Program-made: the position numbers and the translations under genes
The notes under the pieces: model-generated
Database searches by the model: none
Told to the model about the DNA's origin: nothing
The model's input: the letters and a program-made list of their open reading frames with translations, nothing else
Shown: one piece after another, positions 10,831 through 22,133 of the stretch
How positions within the stretch are numbered: the first letter of the stretch is position 1
Layout: each line of letters opens with the position of its first letter
Assembly: GCA_965240325.2 (NCBI GenBank)
Contig: OZ251228.1
Location: 1,674,001 to 1,738,000, forward strand
Reading direction: 5' to 3'
DNA: 64,000 nucleotides
Source of the DNA: Rebecca billardiae RCC1528
Lineage: Eukaryota; Protista; Haptophyta

Positions 10831-11730
10831 ATGGATGACGCGCATGACCCTACGGCCGTCATCGCCATGACAGCGATTGGGGTGCATGCCGTCGTGTTGG
10901 CATGGGCCGGCTCACACTTCGCTCTTTGGCTCCTGCACCATCCACGGTTTCGTCAGTGGCGCGAGGCGCTACGCCGCCCAAAGCGCGCACCTGCGCACCG
11001 TGTTCCTGCTGCTGGCAAACCACAGCTTCCACCGGCGACGTCAAAGCACGAGGCAGTACGCAGGCGGCGTGAGCCCAGACCAACTGGCCCGCTCCGCGTG
11101 CCCACCCCGCTGTCAGACGACACAAGCCTGACTGACGCGATCGCTCTGGACTGCGAGATGGTTGGCGCAGGCCCACGAGGACTCGACTCCATCCTTGCCT
11201 CGGTGTGCGTGGTAAACCGTCACGGGAATGTGCTCTACTATGCCGTGGTCGCGCCGACAGAGCCCGTCACGGACTACCGCACGCAGTTTTCGGGCATCAC
11301 GGCCGAAATGCTGCGCGAGCCAAGCGTCAAGCAGTTCGAGGACGTGCGTGCTCACGTGAAGGAGCTGTGCAAGGACCGGGTTGTGGTCGGCCACGGAATC
11401 GACAACGACTTCCTCGCCCTGGCGATCCACCCGCAATGGACGAACGTGCGCGACACTGCCTTCGACTTGCGCCGGCTCCGCGAGGGCAGTCGACCGCGGA
11501 AGCTCAAAACGCTTGCGGCTGATCATCTCGGCCTCAAGATCCAGCGCGGGCCACACGACCCGGCAGAGGACGCACGCGCGGCGATGTATCTATATCTGCG
11601 ATACGAAGACGAGTTTGAGGAGGTGGCCTGCAGGCGAGCTGCGCGGGCTGCGCGCCGGGCCGAGCGTCAGCAGCAGGACAGCGCTGAAAGAGTGGCATTG
11701 GTCGCGGATGATGACGATGCCGAACCATGA
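10831..11730 (+). CDS. REX4: RNA exonuclease 4-like DEDDh 3'-5' exonuclease
   Basis: Motifs IALDCEMVG, VTDYRTQFSGIT, VVGHGIDNDF, HDPAEDARAAMYLY. Confidence 0.88.
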   Translation: MDDAHDPTAVIAMTAIGVHAVVLAWAGSHFALWLLHHPRFRQWREALRRPKRAPAHRVPAAGKPQLPPATSKHEAVRRRREPRPTGPLRVPTPLSDDTSLTDAIALDCEMVGAGPRGLDSILASVCVVNRHGNVLYYAVVAPTEPVTDYRTQFSGITAEMLREPSVKQFEDVRAHVKELCKDRVVVGHGIDNDFLALAIHPQWTNVRDTAFDLRRLREGSRPRKLKTLAADHLGLKIQRGPHDPAEDARAAMYLYLRYEDEFEEVACRRAARAARRAERQQQDSAERVALVADDDDAEP

Positions 11731-11976
11731 AGAACTTGCTCAGCTAGCCAGCTAGGCGCCGACCAATTCTATGATTTAAAGACACAGGCACGAGGGCGCA
11801 GCTCTCCTGATTCGTCTGTCGAAGTACTGAATGGAGTGAATGGAGGATGTCGGACGGCGCGTTGGCCGCGGGTGAGGGAGTCGTCGTAACCGATGCTGAT
11901 CACACGGTCACTGAGGTAGTAGGCGCCCGGGGATGCCGCTGTGTTGCAGTCGTCGTCGGCCTTCGACCGGCAGCGC

Positions 11977-12106
11977 TAAATCAGCCCGGGCTGATTTAAG
12001 CTTATCTCAGCCCGGGCTGATTTAAGCGCTTAAATCAGCCCGGGCTGAGATAAGCTCCGCGCGAGCTTATCTCAGCCCGGGCTGAGATAAGCGCTTATCT
12101 CAGCCC
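11977..12106. repeat. Array of nested palindromes (core TCAGCCCGGGCTGA)
   Basis: Core at 11981, 12007, 12035 and 12072 plus a half copy at 12100; 11999-12056 is a perfect 58-bp palindrome. Confidence 0.9.
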
Positions 12107-12369
12107 AGCGGCTCGCGACTCCGCCACCGTGGACTCGGAGCGCACGTCGCGCGGTGTGGCCCGCCCGCTCCATGGCTGCACGCGCTGCTGTGTCTTTGGT
12201 GGCCACAGGGTGAAGTGCGCTGAAGCTAGTGGCGGACGCCCAGGCGCGACGCCAAAAGCGGCATGGCGGAATTGGAAACATGGCGTATAGTTCCGTCCTA
12301 CTCCCCTTGATTCCTTTCGGTTTGGTGTATCGGCCAGGTGTGGTGAGCAGGATCCCGGGAACGCCCTTG

Positions 12370-13921
12370 ATGAAAAACGCGCTCTGCTTCGTCTTCATCG
12401 TCGCGCACGCTGCGCTCGGCGCCGCGCAGGACTCTGCTCCCACCGATGCCACCTGTCCCACCACCGCCTCGGATGCCCCTGGCGTCCGATCGCGGCGCTG
12501 CCGCCGCCGCCGTTGCGTGGGCCGACCCAGGCCCCCTCGGCGGCGTTCAGGGCTTCCTCCTGAACGACACCGAGCGCGCCGACCTCCTCCACCAGGCGCC
12601 GACACTCCAGCCTATCCTGTTCGTCAAGACGCATAAGACTGCTTCCTCTACGGTGTCAGCCTTGCTCCCCCGCGCGGCCGACTGGCGCAACCTCTCCGTC
12701 ATGGTCGCGTCGGACGACGCCTCGGGCTTGAATTTTCCCGGGAGCTTTCCCGGCGCGGTCTGGGCCGCCTGGGCCGCTGACGCCGATGCGCGCGCCACTG
12801 GACCCGGCCGCGCACGGTTTGACCTCATCGCCAATCACGCGGTCTATGACGCACGCGTGATGGCGGCTTTCCTCCGCAGCGGCGACGGCGCGGTGCCGCG
12901 TGCGCCGATGCCTGGCGCCGCGCCGCACGCGCCACGTGCGCCCTTCACGCTAACCGTTCTCCGCGAGCCCGGGCGCCAGGCCGAGTCGAGCTACAACTGG
13001 TACCCCCGCCTGCTCGCCACGCACGCAACGGTGGACAGCTACCTGGACTGGGCGGCAGGCCTCGAGCGCGTGGACACACGGGCGGCCATGACGGCGCGCA
13101 ACCCGCAGGCGTATGACCTGGGCTGGTACGCGCGCGCCGGGGACGTGCACCCGGATGGCGGCTTCGCCGGCGCGTCCACGGCACGCGACGGCGACGCACG
13201 TGCAGTGGACGAGTGGGCGCGCGCCACAGTCGGCGCATTTGACCTAGTGCTGCTCACAGAGCGTCTGGACGAGGGCCTGGTGGTCCTCCGGCGGCGGCTC
13301 GGGGGGGCGCTGGCGCTGGAGGAGCTCGCGAGCCTGCGCATGAAGGACAGTTCGGGCGCAGCGGAGCGCGTGCGGTTTACCGCTGAGCAGCGCGCACGCG
13401 CTGCCGCGGTGAGTGCCGTGGACACTGCGCTCTACGCCCACGGCGTGGCGAGCTTCGCCGCGGACCTCGCAGCGGAGCCTGTCGACGCGGTGGCCGCAGA
13501 CCTGGCGCGTCTGCGTGCGCTCAGCGCGCGCCTAGAGCGCGACTGCGCCGGCATGCCGACGTGGGGCTACGACATCCTCCATCCACCGCCGCGCGGCGCG
13601 CGCACTGCTGCGGCCACCGCGGAGGCCGTGGCCGAGCCTGGGGCAGCCCCGGAAGGCGGCGGAGCGCACCACGACGAAGAAGCATGCCCCCTGGCGCTGC
13701 GCACCGACGTGCGAGGGTACACCTTGTACCTTACGGCACGCCAGTGCGCGCGCGGCGCGGGCGCGGGCCAAGGGCACGCCGCTGCCCAGGAGCCTGACCT
13801 CGATGGCCTCGTGCCGCAGGCACTGTGCGAGAGTCCCCTCGTGGCAGGCACGCTCGAGCCCAAGGTTCACATGGCTGTGGAAAGCTACAGCGGTGAAGGC
13901 AGCTTCCGTGTCGGGTTTTGA
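12370..13921 (+). CDS. Galactose-3-O-sulfotransferase-like protein; signal-peptide segment out of frame (apparent +1 frameshift near 12476)
   Basis: PAPS-binding motifs ILFVKTHKTASSTV and LTVLREP, plus FDLVLLTERLDEGLVVL. The signal-like MKNALCFVFIVAHAALG starts at 12370 in an adjacent frame. Confidence 0.8.
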
Positions 13922-14266
13922 TGGTGATGTCAGTGGTACGCTGGTGGACACCGCAGCATCAAGCAGATCAAGCCCAGTTAGCAGCTCGCGACAGCGGCGG
14001 TGCGTCCCAGCGGTGCCAGCAGGTGCTGTCGCGGCTGAGGGAGGCTGCACACAAGGCGTCCTTTTATTGATCACGGCTCGTCCTGACGACGACTGAGCCA
14101 CTCAGACGTCTGACGAGCTCGGACTAATACTAGCCGTACTCGGTCGCGAAGCCCGAAGCGCGCGGCCGCGCCGCGCCAGCGCCGGCCCGCAGCGCTGCGG
14201 CGGCGCGGCGGCCGCGGCGCTCAGCTCTGCGCGCCGCGCTTGATTGATCAGATTAATTCAAGCAAC

Positions 14267-14289
14267 ATATATATATATATATATATATA
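14267..14289. repeat. (AT)n microsatellite
   Basis: AT run. Confidence 0.9.
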
Positions 14290-14300
14290 CTGTAAATAAT

Positions 14301-14332
14301 ATGGAATCTGATGGTAGAAATAAAACAGGCCC
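14301..14332 (-). mobile_element. Solo terminus of the PIF/Harbinger-like MITE family seen at 46091-47000
   Basis: Reverse complement of 46091-46119 apart from a 3-nt insertion. Confidence 0.7.
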
Positions 14333-14606
14333 GTGCCGCACCGTGCCAGTCGGACTGGCGAGTGTGAGACTGAGACACCGGGTCCGGTGGGCGGGGTGAG
14401 TCTCGCGCGGGCGGTCTGGCTCACGAGTCATCACTTAGCTGATTCGATTTGATCAGCAATCAGAGCGGCAAAGTCACGGAGACCCATTGACTCCCAGGCG
14501 CGGCATGCGGCAAGGCATCCCGCCTCGGCGGTCCAAGTTACTTGAGACTCAGAGTCACCGCGCCTGGCTGATGATGCCCAGCACAGCGCAGCCCTGCGCG
14601 AACTCA

Positions 14607-16035
14607 CTATACGTTGATGACCCGCGAGAGCTTCTGGATGCGGTTGAGTAGCAGGTCTCCCTCCTTGATTGTCGCCTGATACTTCGTGTTCTTGACGTTG
14701 AGCCGCTTGGTCACGATGACGCCGGCCACTTTGTCAATCTTGCACCGCAGCCGACCCGAGGCGATGTACATGGCAAGCTCGTTATCCAGGAACTCGACGG
14801 ACAGCCCGAACGTCGTGGCCATCGAGTCCAGCCGCACCGAGGAGTAGGATTCGAGGAACTGCTTGTACGCCACCAGCCGACTCTCGAAGAAGTAATGCCG
14901 TGCGTGCCGAGCGAGGTAGCTGCGCACGTGTCGCATTGGTGTCGGCGCGCGGAGCCCGCGCGAGGGGGGGCGTTGGCGCGGGCCTTGGGGCGACACCAGC
15001 TGGGCCCCGCGCACGCTGCGTACGCACCGGTCGGCGGAGATCTCGTCCATCACCTCAACGAGCGCGAGCATGAACTTGCGGTACTCGCAGTTGTGCCTGC
15101 GGGTAGGGCGGCGCCATGTGTGGCGGGCAGCACGCGCGTGAGCCGCGTGGTCAACGGCGCGGCACGAGCTGGCAGGTGTGGCGGGCCGGCGCGATGGCAG
15201 CGCGGGGGGTGGCTGGGCGCACGGCGACGCACAGGCTGTTCAGGAAAGACTCGACGTGCGGCATCGAGCCGATCACCGCGAGCACCTCCGGCGCGTCGAT
15301 GACCTTTTGCTTGATGGTCGGCCGATCGAGCGAGAGCTGCGCCGTGAGCACGACGTAGAAGATGAAGCGCTCGTACGAGCAGATCTCGGTCGCGGTGAAG
15401 GTGGCGATCGAGTCGAGGAGCAGCGTCGCCGCCTGCGAGAACTGGCGGATCGACATCAGGTGCGCGGCCTCGTACACCTTGAGCCTGTTTCGCCTCTCCC
15501 AGTCGCCACCCTGGTCGAGCAGGTCCTTTGCGCGCGTGAAGTTCTCCTTGAGCAGCGAGTGGTCGAGGCCGAAGAGGCCGATGCGCAGCTTGCAAAATAC
15601 CACGTCGAGCTTCTGCCCGATCGGCACCGTCTTCTTGAACGTCTCGTCGAAGGCCGCGAGCGCCTTGTCCTTGTCGCCGGTGCGCATGTACACGCGCGCG
15701 CGCTGGTACAGCGCCGCGCGGATCTCGCTCTCGCCCTCGTTCTCGGTGGCGTTGGCGAGCTCGTCCTCGAGTTTCTTGAGCTCCGCCGCGACGCTCTCCT
15801 CCATCTTAGACACGAGCGACGCATCCGCCATCATCTCCGCGCGCTCGCAGAGCATTCGGTAGATGGGCGTCGCCGACTTCTCCTTCACCGTCGCGAGGAT
15901 GCGGTCCTTCGACTCGGCCTGCGACTTGCCACCAGAGTGGGTGAGTAGAAACAGGTCCTGCGCGAGCTGCAGGAACCACTGCTCCTTCAAAGGGTCCTCC
16001 ACATCGACCACCTTGCTCCCGCTGCTCGCCGCCAT
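14607..16035 (-). CDS. RPN7: 26S proteasome regulatory subunit RPN7/PSMD6; introns 15097-15232 and 14920-15027
   Basis: GGDWERRNRLKVY, ATFTATEI, YKQFLESYSSV, CKIDKVAGVI, YQATIKEGDLLLNRIQKLSRVI. GT-AG introns restore the frame. Confidence 0.95.
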
Positions 16036-16246
16036 TCTAACTCGCCGCGCCGCGCGCGCGCCAGCTGCCGCGCACTAGCCAGTCCGGTCACTCAGCCGAA
16101 GTGTCCGGGCGGCCGGGCGGGGCGGGGAAGTTGGCGAGGAAAAGTCATGCGGCCAACCCCCAAAAGAAAGACGATCGCGAATAACAGAAAGGCTGCTGAA
16201 AGGCAACAGCCTTTTGCATGCCCTTCGCCACGGCAGCGCGCCTTGG

Positions 16247-17986
16247 ATGAGCGTCGCGCCCGAGTCGGCGCACAGCAGCAGTGGGCGCCTCTCCAAGTGC
16301 TGCCGAACGATCTCAGGCATGCTGTACGATCTGCTCTCCCGCCTCGAGGCGGATGAGAAGGCCGACAAGGCCGCGGACGAGCGAAAGCTCGCCCTCACCA
16401 AGCTCGTCGAGCGGCGCGTCGAGGTGATGATGACGCACGGCTTCTACAAGTGGCACGAAGGCATGATCACGCACGGCTTGCACAGCAAGTGGCACGCGCC
16501 GGCGCCCGAGGCGCACGTCCCAGAGCCGGAGACGACGTCACATCTCTCCGAGCTCATCGCCCAGAGCATGCTCCACTCCGACGACGGAAGCTACGAGCCG
16601 CTCGGCGCCGACGCGGCCGCGGGGGGCCACTCAGACCGTCTGAGCGAGTACCTGGCTCTGCTCCGCTCGCGCGGCGAGCTCGAGTACGTGGACTGGCGCG
16701 ATGTGGTCGACCGTGCGCGCGCACAGCTCGTGGAGACGATCGCCGCGCAGCAGCGCGCGGCAGAGGAGGCGGCGGAGGAGCAGCTGCGCAGCCTTCCTCC
16801 CGTTCCCGCCGCGCTGCAGCTCGACGACTGCGACGGCGTCGGCTTCAGCAGCCCGACGTCGCAGGCGACGGCGGAGCCTCTCGTGTACACGCCCTTCGGC
16901 GAGTCGCCCGCCGCGCCGGAGCTCGACGCGCGCGCGCTCCGCCTTGTGCAGCAGCTGGCGAAGGCCAAGCTCGAACGAGCCGTGCGCGTGTGGAGGCTTG
17001 CCATCCCGCGCCCGGAGGCGCCTGCGGACGCACCGCCCGCAGAAGGAGCACCGCCGCCACCATCTGCTCCCGCGCCCGCAGCCGCACCGGCCGACGACGA
17101 TCAGCCGGGGGGCGCCGACGCGGCGGCGAGCGCGCACGGCGGCTCGGCGGGTGAGTACTCGCCGATACCGCGCTCCACCGAGGCCCCGTGCACGCCGCAC
17201 ACCGGCCTGACCTCGTCCTCATCTGCCACGCCCGGCACGCCTGGTCGCAGCCCGGCGGACGTGGCCCGCGCGGCGCGCGGCACTGGGACCGGGCAGCCCG
17301 CGCCCTGCGGCAGCGCGAGCATGCCGAGCGCTGCGCACACGGTCATCGGGCCGTGGAGTAACGCGCCGTCTTCCGAGCCCACGTGTGCCAGCAGCGCCAG
17401 CGCCACGGCGGCGGCGACGATGACGGTCGAGCAGCCCAAGCTCGCCACCGCAGCGACGATGACGCACACGCAGACGGAGACCACGCCGACCGCCGCTCGG
17501 CCGTTGCCCTTCGCGCCGTCGGAGCGGATCATGCGCCGCCCTTCGACCACGCCAGTCGGAGCGCCGCGCCCACGCCTGCCGGCGGGTCGTCCATGGGCCA
17601 AGGTCCTGATCGTTGCGTGCGCCCTCGCCGCCCTCGCCGTGTGCTTCCTGGTGCTGGTCCTGACCAGCCGGGCGCACTCGCTCGGCTCGAATTCTGGCGG
17701 CGCCCGCTGTGACTCCGGCGTCGCGACGTGTGGCAACGGTGACTGGGTCCTTGCGCAGGCATCCGCAGCACCCGCAGCCGTTCACCACATCGTGGCCACC
17801 TCTGTGTCCCGCGCCCGCGGTGCGGACGATGTGGACGCGGACGACGGCGGGAGCTGGCTCGCAGTGACCGTCGCGCAGGTGATCGATCTGAGCTGGCAGC
17901 CCACGCAGTTCGCCCAAGACCTGATCTTCTACGTGCTGGATTGGCGGCACGGTCGTCTGCCCGGTGGCGCAGTGACATCGTACTGA
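16247..17986 (+). CDS. Hypothetical protein with a single C-proximal transmembrane segment
   Basis: Long ORF divergent from RPN7; hydrophobic segment VLIVACALAALAVCFLVLVL; low-complexity middle. Confidence 0.6.
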   Translation: MSVAPESAHSSSGRLSKCCRTISGMLYDLLSRLEADEKADKAADERKLALTKLVERRVEVMMTHGFYKWHEGMITHGLHSKWHAPAPEAHVPEPETTSHLSELIAQSMLHSDDGSYEPLGADAAAGGHSDRLSEYLALLRSRGELEYVDWRDVVDRARAQLVETIAAQQRAAEEAAEEQLRSLPPVPAALQLDDCDGVGFSSPTSQATAEPLVYTPFGESPAAPELDARALRLVQQLAKAKLERAVRVWRLAIPRPEAPADAPPAEGAPPPPSAPAPAAAPADDDQPGGADAAASAHGGSAGEYSPIPRSTEAPCTPHTGLTSSSSATPGTPGRSPADVARAARGTGTGQPAPCGSASMPSAAHTVIGPWSNAPSSEPTCASSASATAAATMTVEQPKLATAATMTHTQTETTPTAARPLPFAPSERIMRRPSTTPVGAPRPRLPAGRPWAKVLIVACALAALAVCFLVLVLTSRAHSLGSNSGGARCDSGVATCGNGDWVLAQASAAPAAVHHIVATSVSRARGADDVDADDGGSWLAVTVAQVIDLSWQPTQFAQDLIFYVLDWRHGRLPGGAVTSY

Positions 17987-18615
17987 CCGCGCCTCACGCC
18001 TGACGACGAACAGGTGTGATGACACATCTTTTCTGATAATACGTACTACTGTATTTAGACCGATGCGACGGCGACGAGTGTATTATGACCAGCAGAGTCT
18101 GGTAGTGGTAGTAGACGGCAGTAGTAAAATAATAAGCATTGAGTTTAATTATAATACTTTGATTATACTACCGGGTGCCGATGAATAAAATATATTATTA
18201 CGGTGAGTACCGGCTCCCGCGGCGCCCGACAGCAGCCGAGTCCTGCGCGGTACCGGTCAGACTCAGAGACAGAGTGCGGCGGTAGCTTATATCGGCACGG
18301 CTGGTGTCATATTCACTCATAATCAAGTGCCGTACGGCGTACGCGCCGCGACAGGCGGCTGCAGCCCTCCGATCTCACGGATCTGTGAGCCTTATTCAGT
18401 AGTTACCAGGCCTCGCATAGTTTCGCAGGCGGTCGGCGGACGCCCGCGGACGGCTGAACGAATTATTATTAGTTTCCGACGGCGCCCCTCTTGGCCTCTG
18501 CTAACCATCGCCGGCGTGACGACCGTGAGGCGTGACTGACGAGTGACGGCTTGAGCTTCCGATTAGGGCGGTGACAAAGTGAGTGATAGATGACAGAATG
18601 CAGCGGGCGTCATTA

Positions 18616-18644
18616 TCGCCCGCCTGAGCTGTGTGCGTCTCTTA
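18616..18644 (+). repeat. Dispersed 34-bp motif, copy 2 (partial, 1 mismatch)
   Basis: TCGCCCGCCTGAGCTGTGTGCGTCTCTTA followed by GTCTTATT. Confidence 0.75.
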
Positions 18645-19452
18645 GTCTTATTCGTATAGTAAATAACTACTGTAGTGATTTTCACGACTACATTTAGCCG
18701 CGCATTGTTACTAGCTAGTGGCCTAGTCATAGTGCATGCAGAGTCTCGGATGTCGATGAGAGTCAGAGAGAACTTCAATGGCCTGTTACAATGATGATCA
18801 GTGGTTATTGTCTACAGTAGTAGTATACTGAACGCACAGTATCTAGCTCAGAGCCTGTGGAGTGTGGCTGGCGTGGCCTAGTTCAGGCTTCAGCAGCGGG
18901 CCAGGGCGGCAGGGCGCCACCGACACCGTCTGAGTCACTCTCTGTCTGCCAAGCCGGCCCGCGAGCACTGCCACTACGGGCGGTCCGCAGACCGGTGCGG
19001 CAGTTTCGGGCCGCTGAGGCAGCCTCAACCGCGCCGGCGCCGGTGACTGACACCGTAAATCCCACCGTTGGCGTTGCGGGCACGGCACTCGCTAAGCCAC
19101 TCGGCAGAGTCGGCGGCACGGCTTATTGCCGCTAAGAGTGCTGTTTCGAGTCTTCAGCAGACATGAAGTGTCTATTGGAGCCTGCCCGTATTGTCTCATT
19201 TGAGTCATTATTTGTCTCGGATGAGTCCGGGATGAGACACAGCTGACACTCCGATAATTCGGACAGAGAATTTCAGATTTTCAGAATTCTGTCTCTGACT
19301 TGGTCGCCGCGCGGACCGTCGGCGTCTGGCCCGGCGACCGTGGGCCTGGCATATTGAGTGCCCGACTCGTAATACGTCATCGGTCATGCCGCTAGCCTGG
19401 CTTCAATCCTTCCGACTATGAGTCTGACGGAGTCCTGTGCGGAGCCCTGCTT

Positions 19453-20139
19453 TCACTCAGTCCAGCATGACGAGAAGATCGAGGGATACGCCGCCTCGGT
19501 GGTGGCCTCTGCCACGGAGCTGGGCGGGGCGTGCACACAGTCCGTGGGCGGCGTGATGAAGCCATCAGGCGTGGCCCACCACGGGATCATTGTTGTAGAC
19601 AACGTAGTACTCGTCGTTGTCAGCGAGCCCTCCGAGTCCGACGTACAGCAAGTAGTCTGCGCCACAGGCACGGATGCCGAAGGTGTTGTCGTCGCCATTT
19701 CCAGCGCGGCGTACAGGCTTGTGAGGTAGCACATGTGTGCAAAAGCGCAAACCGCGTGCGACGACTGCTGCTGCGCCCATGATGATGCGTCAACAGCAGT
19801 CGCGGTGTTGATCACACCCGGGAGCGTTGCAGGCATGGATTGCGGCGGCGACGTGGAGGAGGGCAAGCTCTCCAACGTCTGGTCGAGCGCCTGATCGAGC
19901 GTGGGATCGGCACGTTTGTTGCTCTTGCGTTGACGAAGCCGCTTGTTTTGGAACCAGACCCTGGCCTGGTTTGGCTGAACGCCCAGCATGTTGGCGAGCG
20001 TGCGGATGGTGTCGCGGTCCGGCGTGTCTGACACGGAGAAGACCGCCTCGAGCAGCATCTTGTGCCCCGGGGGAGGCCTCCAACGTCGCTTGATGTGGGC
20101 CGGGTCTGGGCGCCCTGCGGGGGCCGCGTCAGGTGGCAT
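19453..20139 (-). CDS. Homeodomain protein
   Basis: KRRWRPPPGHKMLLEAVF...LANMLGVQPNQARVWFQNKRLRQRK contains the helix-3 WFQNxR signature. Start codon uncertain. Confidence 0.85.
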   Translation of the reverse strand: MPPDAAPAGRPDPAHIKRRWRPPPGHKMLLEAVFSVSDTPDRDTIRTLANMLGVQPNQARVWFQNKRLRQRKSNKRADPTLDQALDQTLESLPSSTSPPQSMPATLPGVINTATAVDASSWAQQQSSHAVCAFAHMCYLTSLYAALEMATTTPSASVPVAQTTCCTSDSEGSLTTTSTTLSTTMIPWWATPDGFITPPTDCVHAPPSSVAEATTEAAYPSIFSSCWTE

Positions 20140-21304
20140 GCGTCCTACAGCCGGCAGGCGGTGCGCGACCGTCTTTGCGAGCAAGTCGTCGGCCGGGAGG
20201 TCGAACGAGGGAGATGAGCCGGTTGAACGAGTTCGTTGCGAAATAATTAGTCGGCCTTTGGCTCGGGCGCGCAAGCGCGGGACCACCGGTCTCATCAAAC
20301 GACGGCAGCCAATCAGGTGTCCTGCGTCGGTTTCCATGGATGATGAATATATATGGGCGGCAGCAGCCCATATAAAGTCATATGGTCGGGTGTTCAAGCA
20401 ATGTGAACATGAATCATATTCAGTTATGATACAGACCTCTCTCTTTAACCACGTGTTGATGGAACCGTTTACTCAAAATTACACGTTTACCCTTCAGCCG
20501 ATCTCTCTAGAATCTAGTTTCGTCGCGTCAAGCCCGGCTCCTCAACCTGGTCCGGCCGCGGAGCCAGCCTGACTGACAGGCTAATGGCGGCGCCGAAAAT
20601 CGAACGGGGGACCTGGTGAGCAAGCTCGTCGGGCCATCAGGTGCCTGACGCCTGTGCGGCTAGTACACGTTCGCGTTACTAGTAGTACAGCCGCTGAGCC
20701 GCCTCAGCGCCGGCAGCGGCGCGGCGGCGCGCCTGAGCCGCACTCACTGTCACTGACTGGCAGCGGCACGGCCCGGCCTGACTGTGACTTGGCCGCCTGG
20801 CCCTGGCCGACTCGGACCGTCGGACGACACTGTCCATCCACTGGGCCGAGAGTCGTCCGTGCCTGTAAGTGTAAAAAACTTCAGGCCGCAGGGCGCCTGA
20901 CTCCTCAGCAAACTGGCACACCCACGTTTGCGCTAGTGCCGCTAGTCAGCAGGGTTTGCCACTCCTTTTTAATAGTCGCGGATTCACCCTAGTCCCACGC
21001 GGAGCCCTGCTGATCAGTCGAGTGAGTGGGTCGGATGCCTGTACTGTCAAGTGTTACAACCAGAAACTATATAAATGTCTGCCACTTCTGAGCCTGAGAG
21101 GTGAGGCGGGCTGAATGCGCGGCAGTTTCTCGGCGGATCTTCGGACTGCCATCGATCATCAGTCAGATCGCGGTAAATACGGACTCTCCAGCATTGAGCG
21201 AGCTGTCCGATCAATCGCGGACAGGCCGCCTGAGACACGACGAGTCGACACCGCCAGGCGGACTGCCCAGCGCCGACTCGGTGCACGGCCTCGGTCGCGT
21301 GGCT

Positions 21305-22015
21305 CTAAGCGCCCTGAGGGTCCAAGTCCACAACCGACTGCACGAATGCTCGCAGCGCGGCGCGGAATGGCGCAGCGCCGGGCACAGCATGGCCGCCAGG
21401 ATGCTTTAAAACACTCGCCCTGCTGAAGTGCTGGGCGAGCTGTTCCGTGCTAGCGGGAGGCACCAGCTCGTCGCCCTCGCCGCAGACGTGGAGCGTCCGC
21501 ACGGCTATGGGCGGAGCGGATACCAGCCGATCGCGTAGGGCCTCGTCGCGCGGATAGAATCCAGCGACCAGAACGGCGAAGCGGATCGAGCTCGTCAGCG
21601 CCTCATCGAGGGTTGCCAGGGCCAGCGCCGCGGCCGAAGCGCCCTGCGAGAATGCGAGGATGCCATCGAACGGCCCCTGCTCGGCGAAGGTGGACTCCAG
21701 CTGGCGGCGGCTCTCCTCCCAGCCGACATAATTCCGCGATGTCGAGGGTCTTGTGCCCTCGGGCTCGTCAGCAGCCGCGTTCCACCACCCGAGCCGCCGA
21801 GAATCCCCATCCGTTTCGGCCTCCGAGGCCAGAAAACTTGCCGTTGCCGGATGCGGCGCGTCGATGAAGACGAACTCGCACATGCCCTTGAGGTGCTTGC
21901 GGACAGCACCCGTGCGTGCGCGGAAGACCTCACCGTTCTGCGCGTAGCCGTGGAGGCAGAGCACCCGTAGCAGGGAGGATGCGGCCGGGGCGCCACCCGC
22001 GCATCCGGGCGCCAT
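21305..22015 (-). CDS. FSH1/OVCA2-family serine hydrolase
   Basis: RVLCLHGYAQN, FVFIDAPH, GPFDGILAFSQGA, TLHVCGEGDELVP, HPGGHAVP. Confidence 0.9.
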   Translation of the reverse strand: MAPGCAGGAPAASSLLRVLCLHGYAQNGEVFRARTGAVRKHLKGMCEFVFIDAPHPATASFLASEAETDGDSRRLGWWNAAADEPEGTRPSTSRNYVGWEESRRQLESTFAEQGPFDGILAFSQGASAAALALATLDEALTSSIRFAVLVAGFYPRDEALRDRLVSAPPIAVRTLHVCGEGDELVPPASTEQLAQHFSRASVLKHPGGHAVPGAAPFRAALRAFVQSVVDLDPQGA

Positions 22016-22133
22016 GCGGCTTAACGAGTCACCTTCAACCTGGAGTGGAGCAGGCGCCCGGACGTGGTTCCTGAGCAAGCGCAAGGCCCTTGGCAAGCGG
22101 GTGCTGCTGCAGCGGACCGCCCAGCCCTGCACG

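Noticed and set aside
19217-19240. Hammerhead-like CGGATGAGTCC-G-GGATGAGAC
   Set aside because: Mismatches in both conserved core segments and no room for a stem-II loop.
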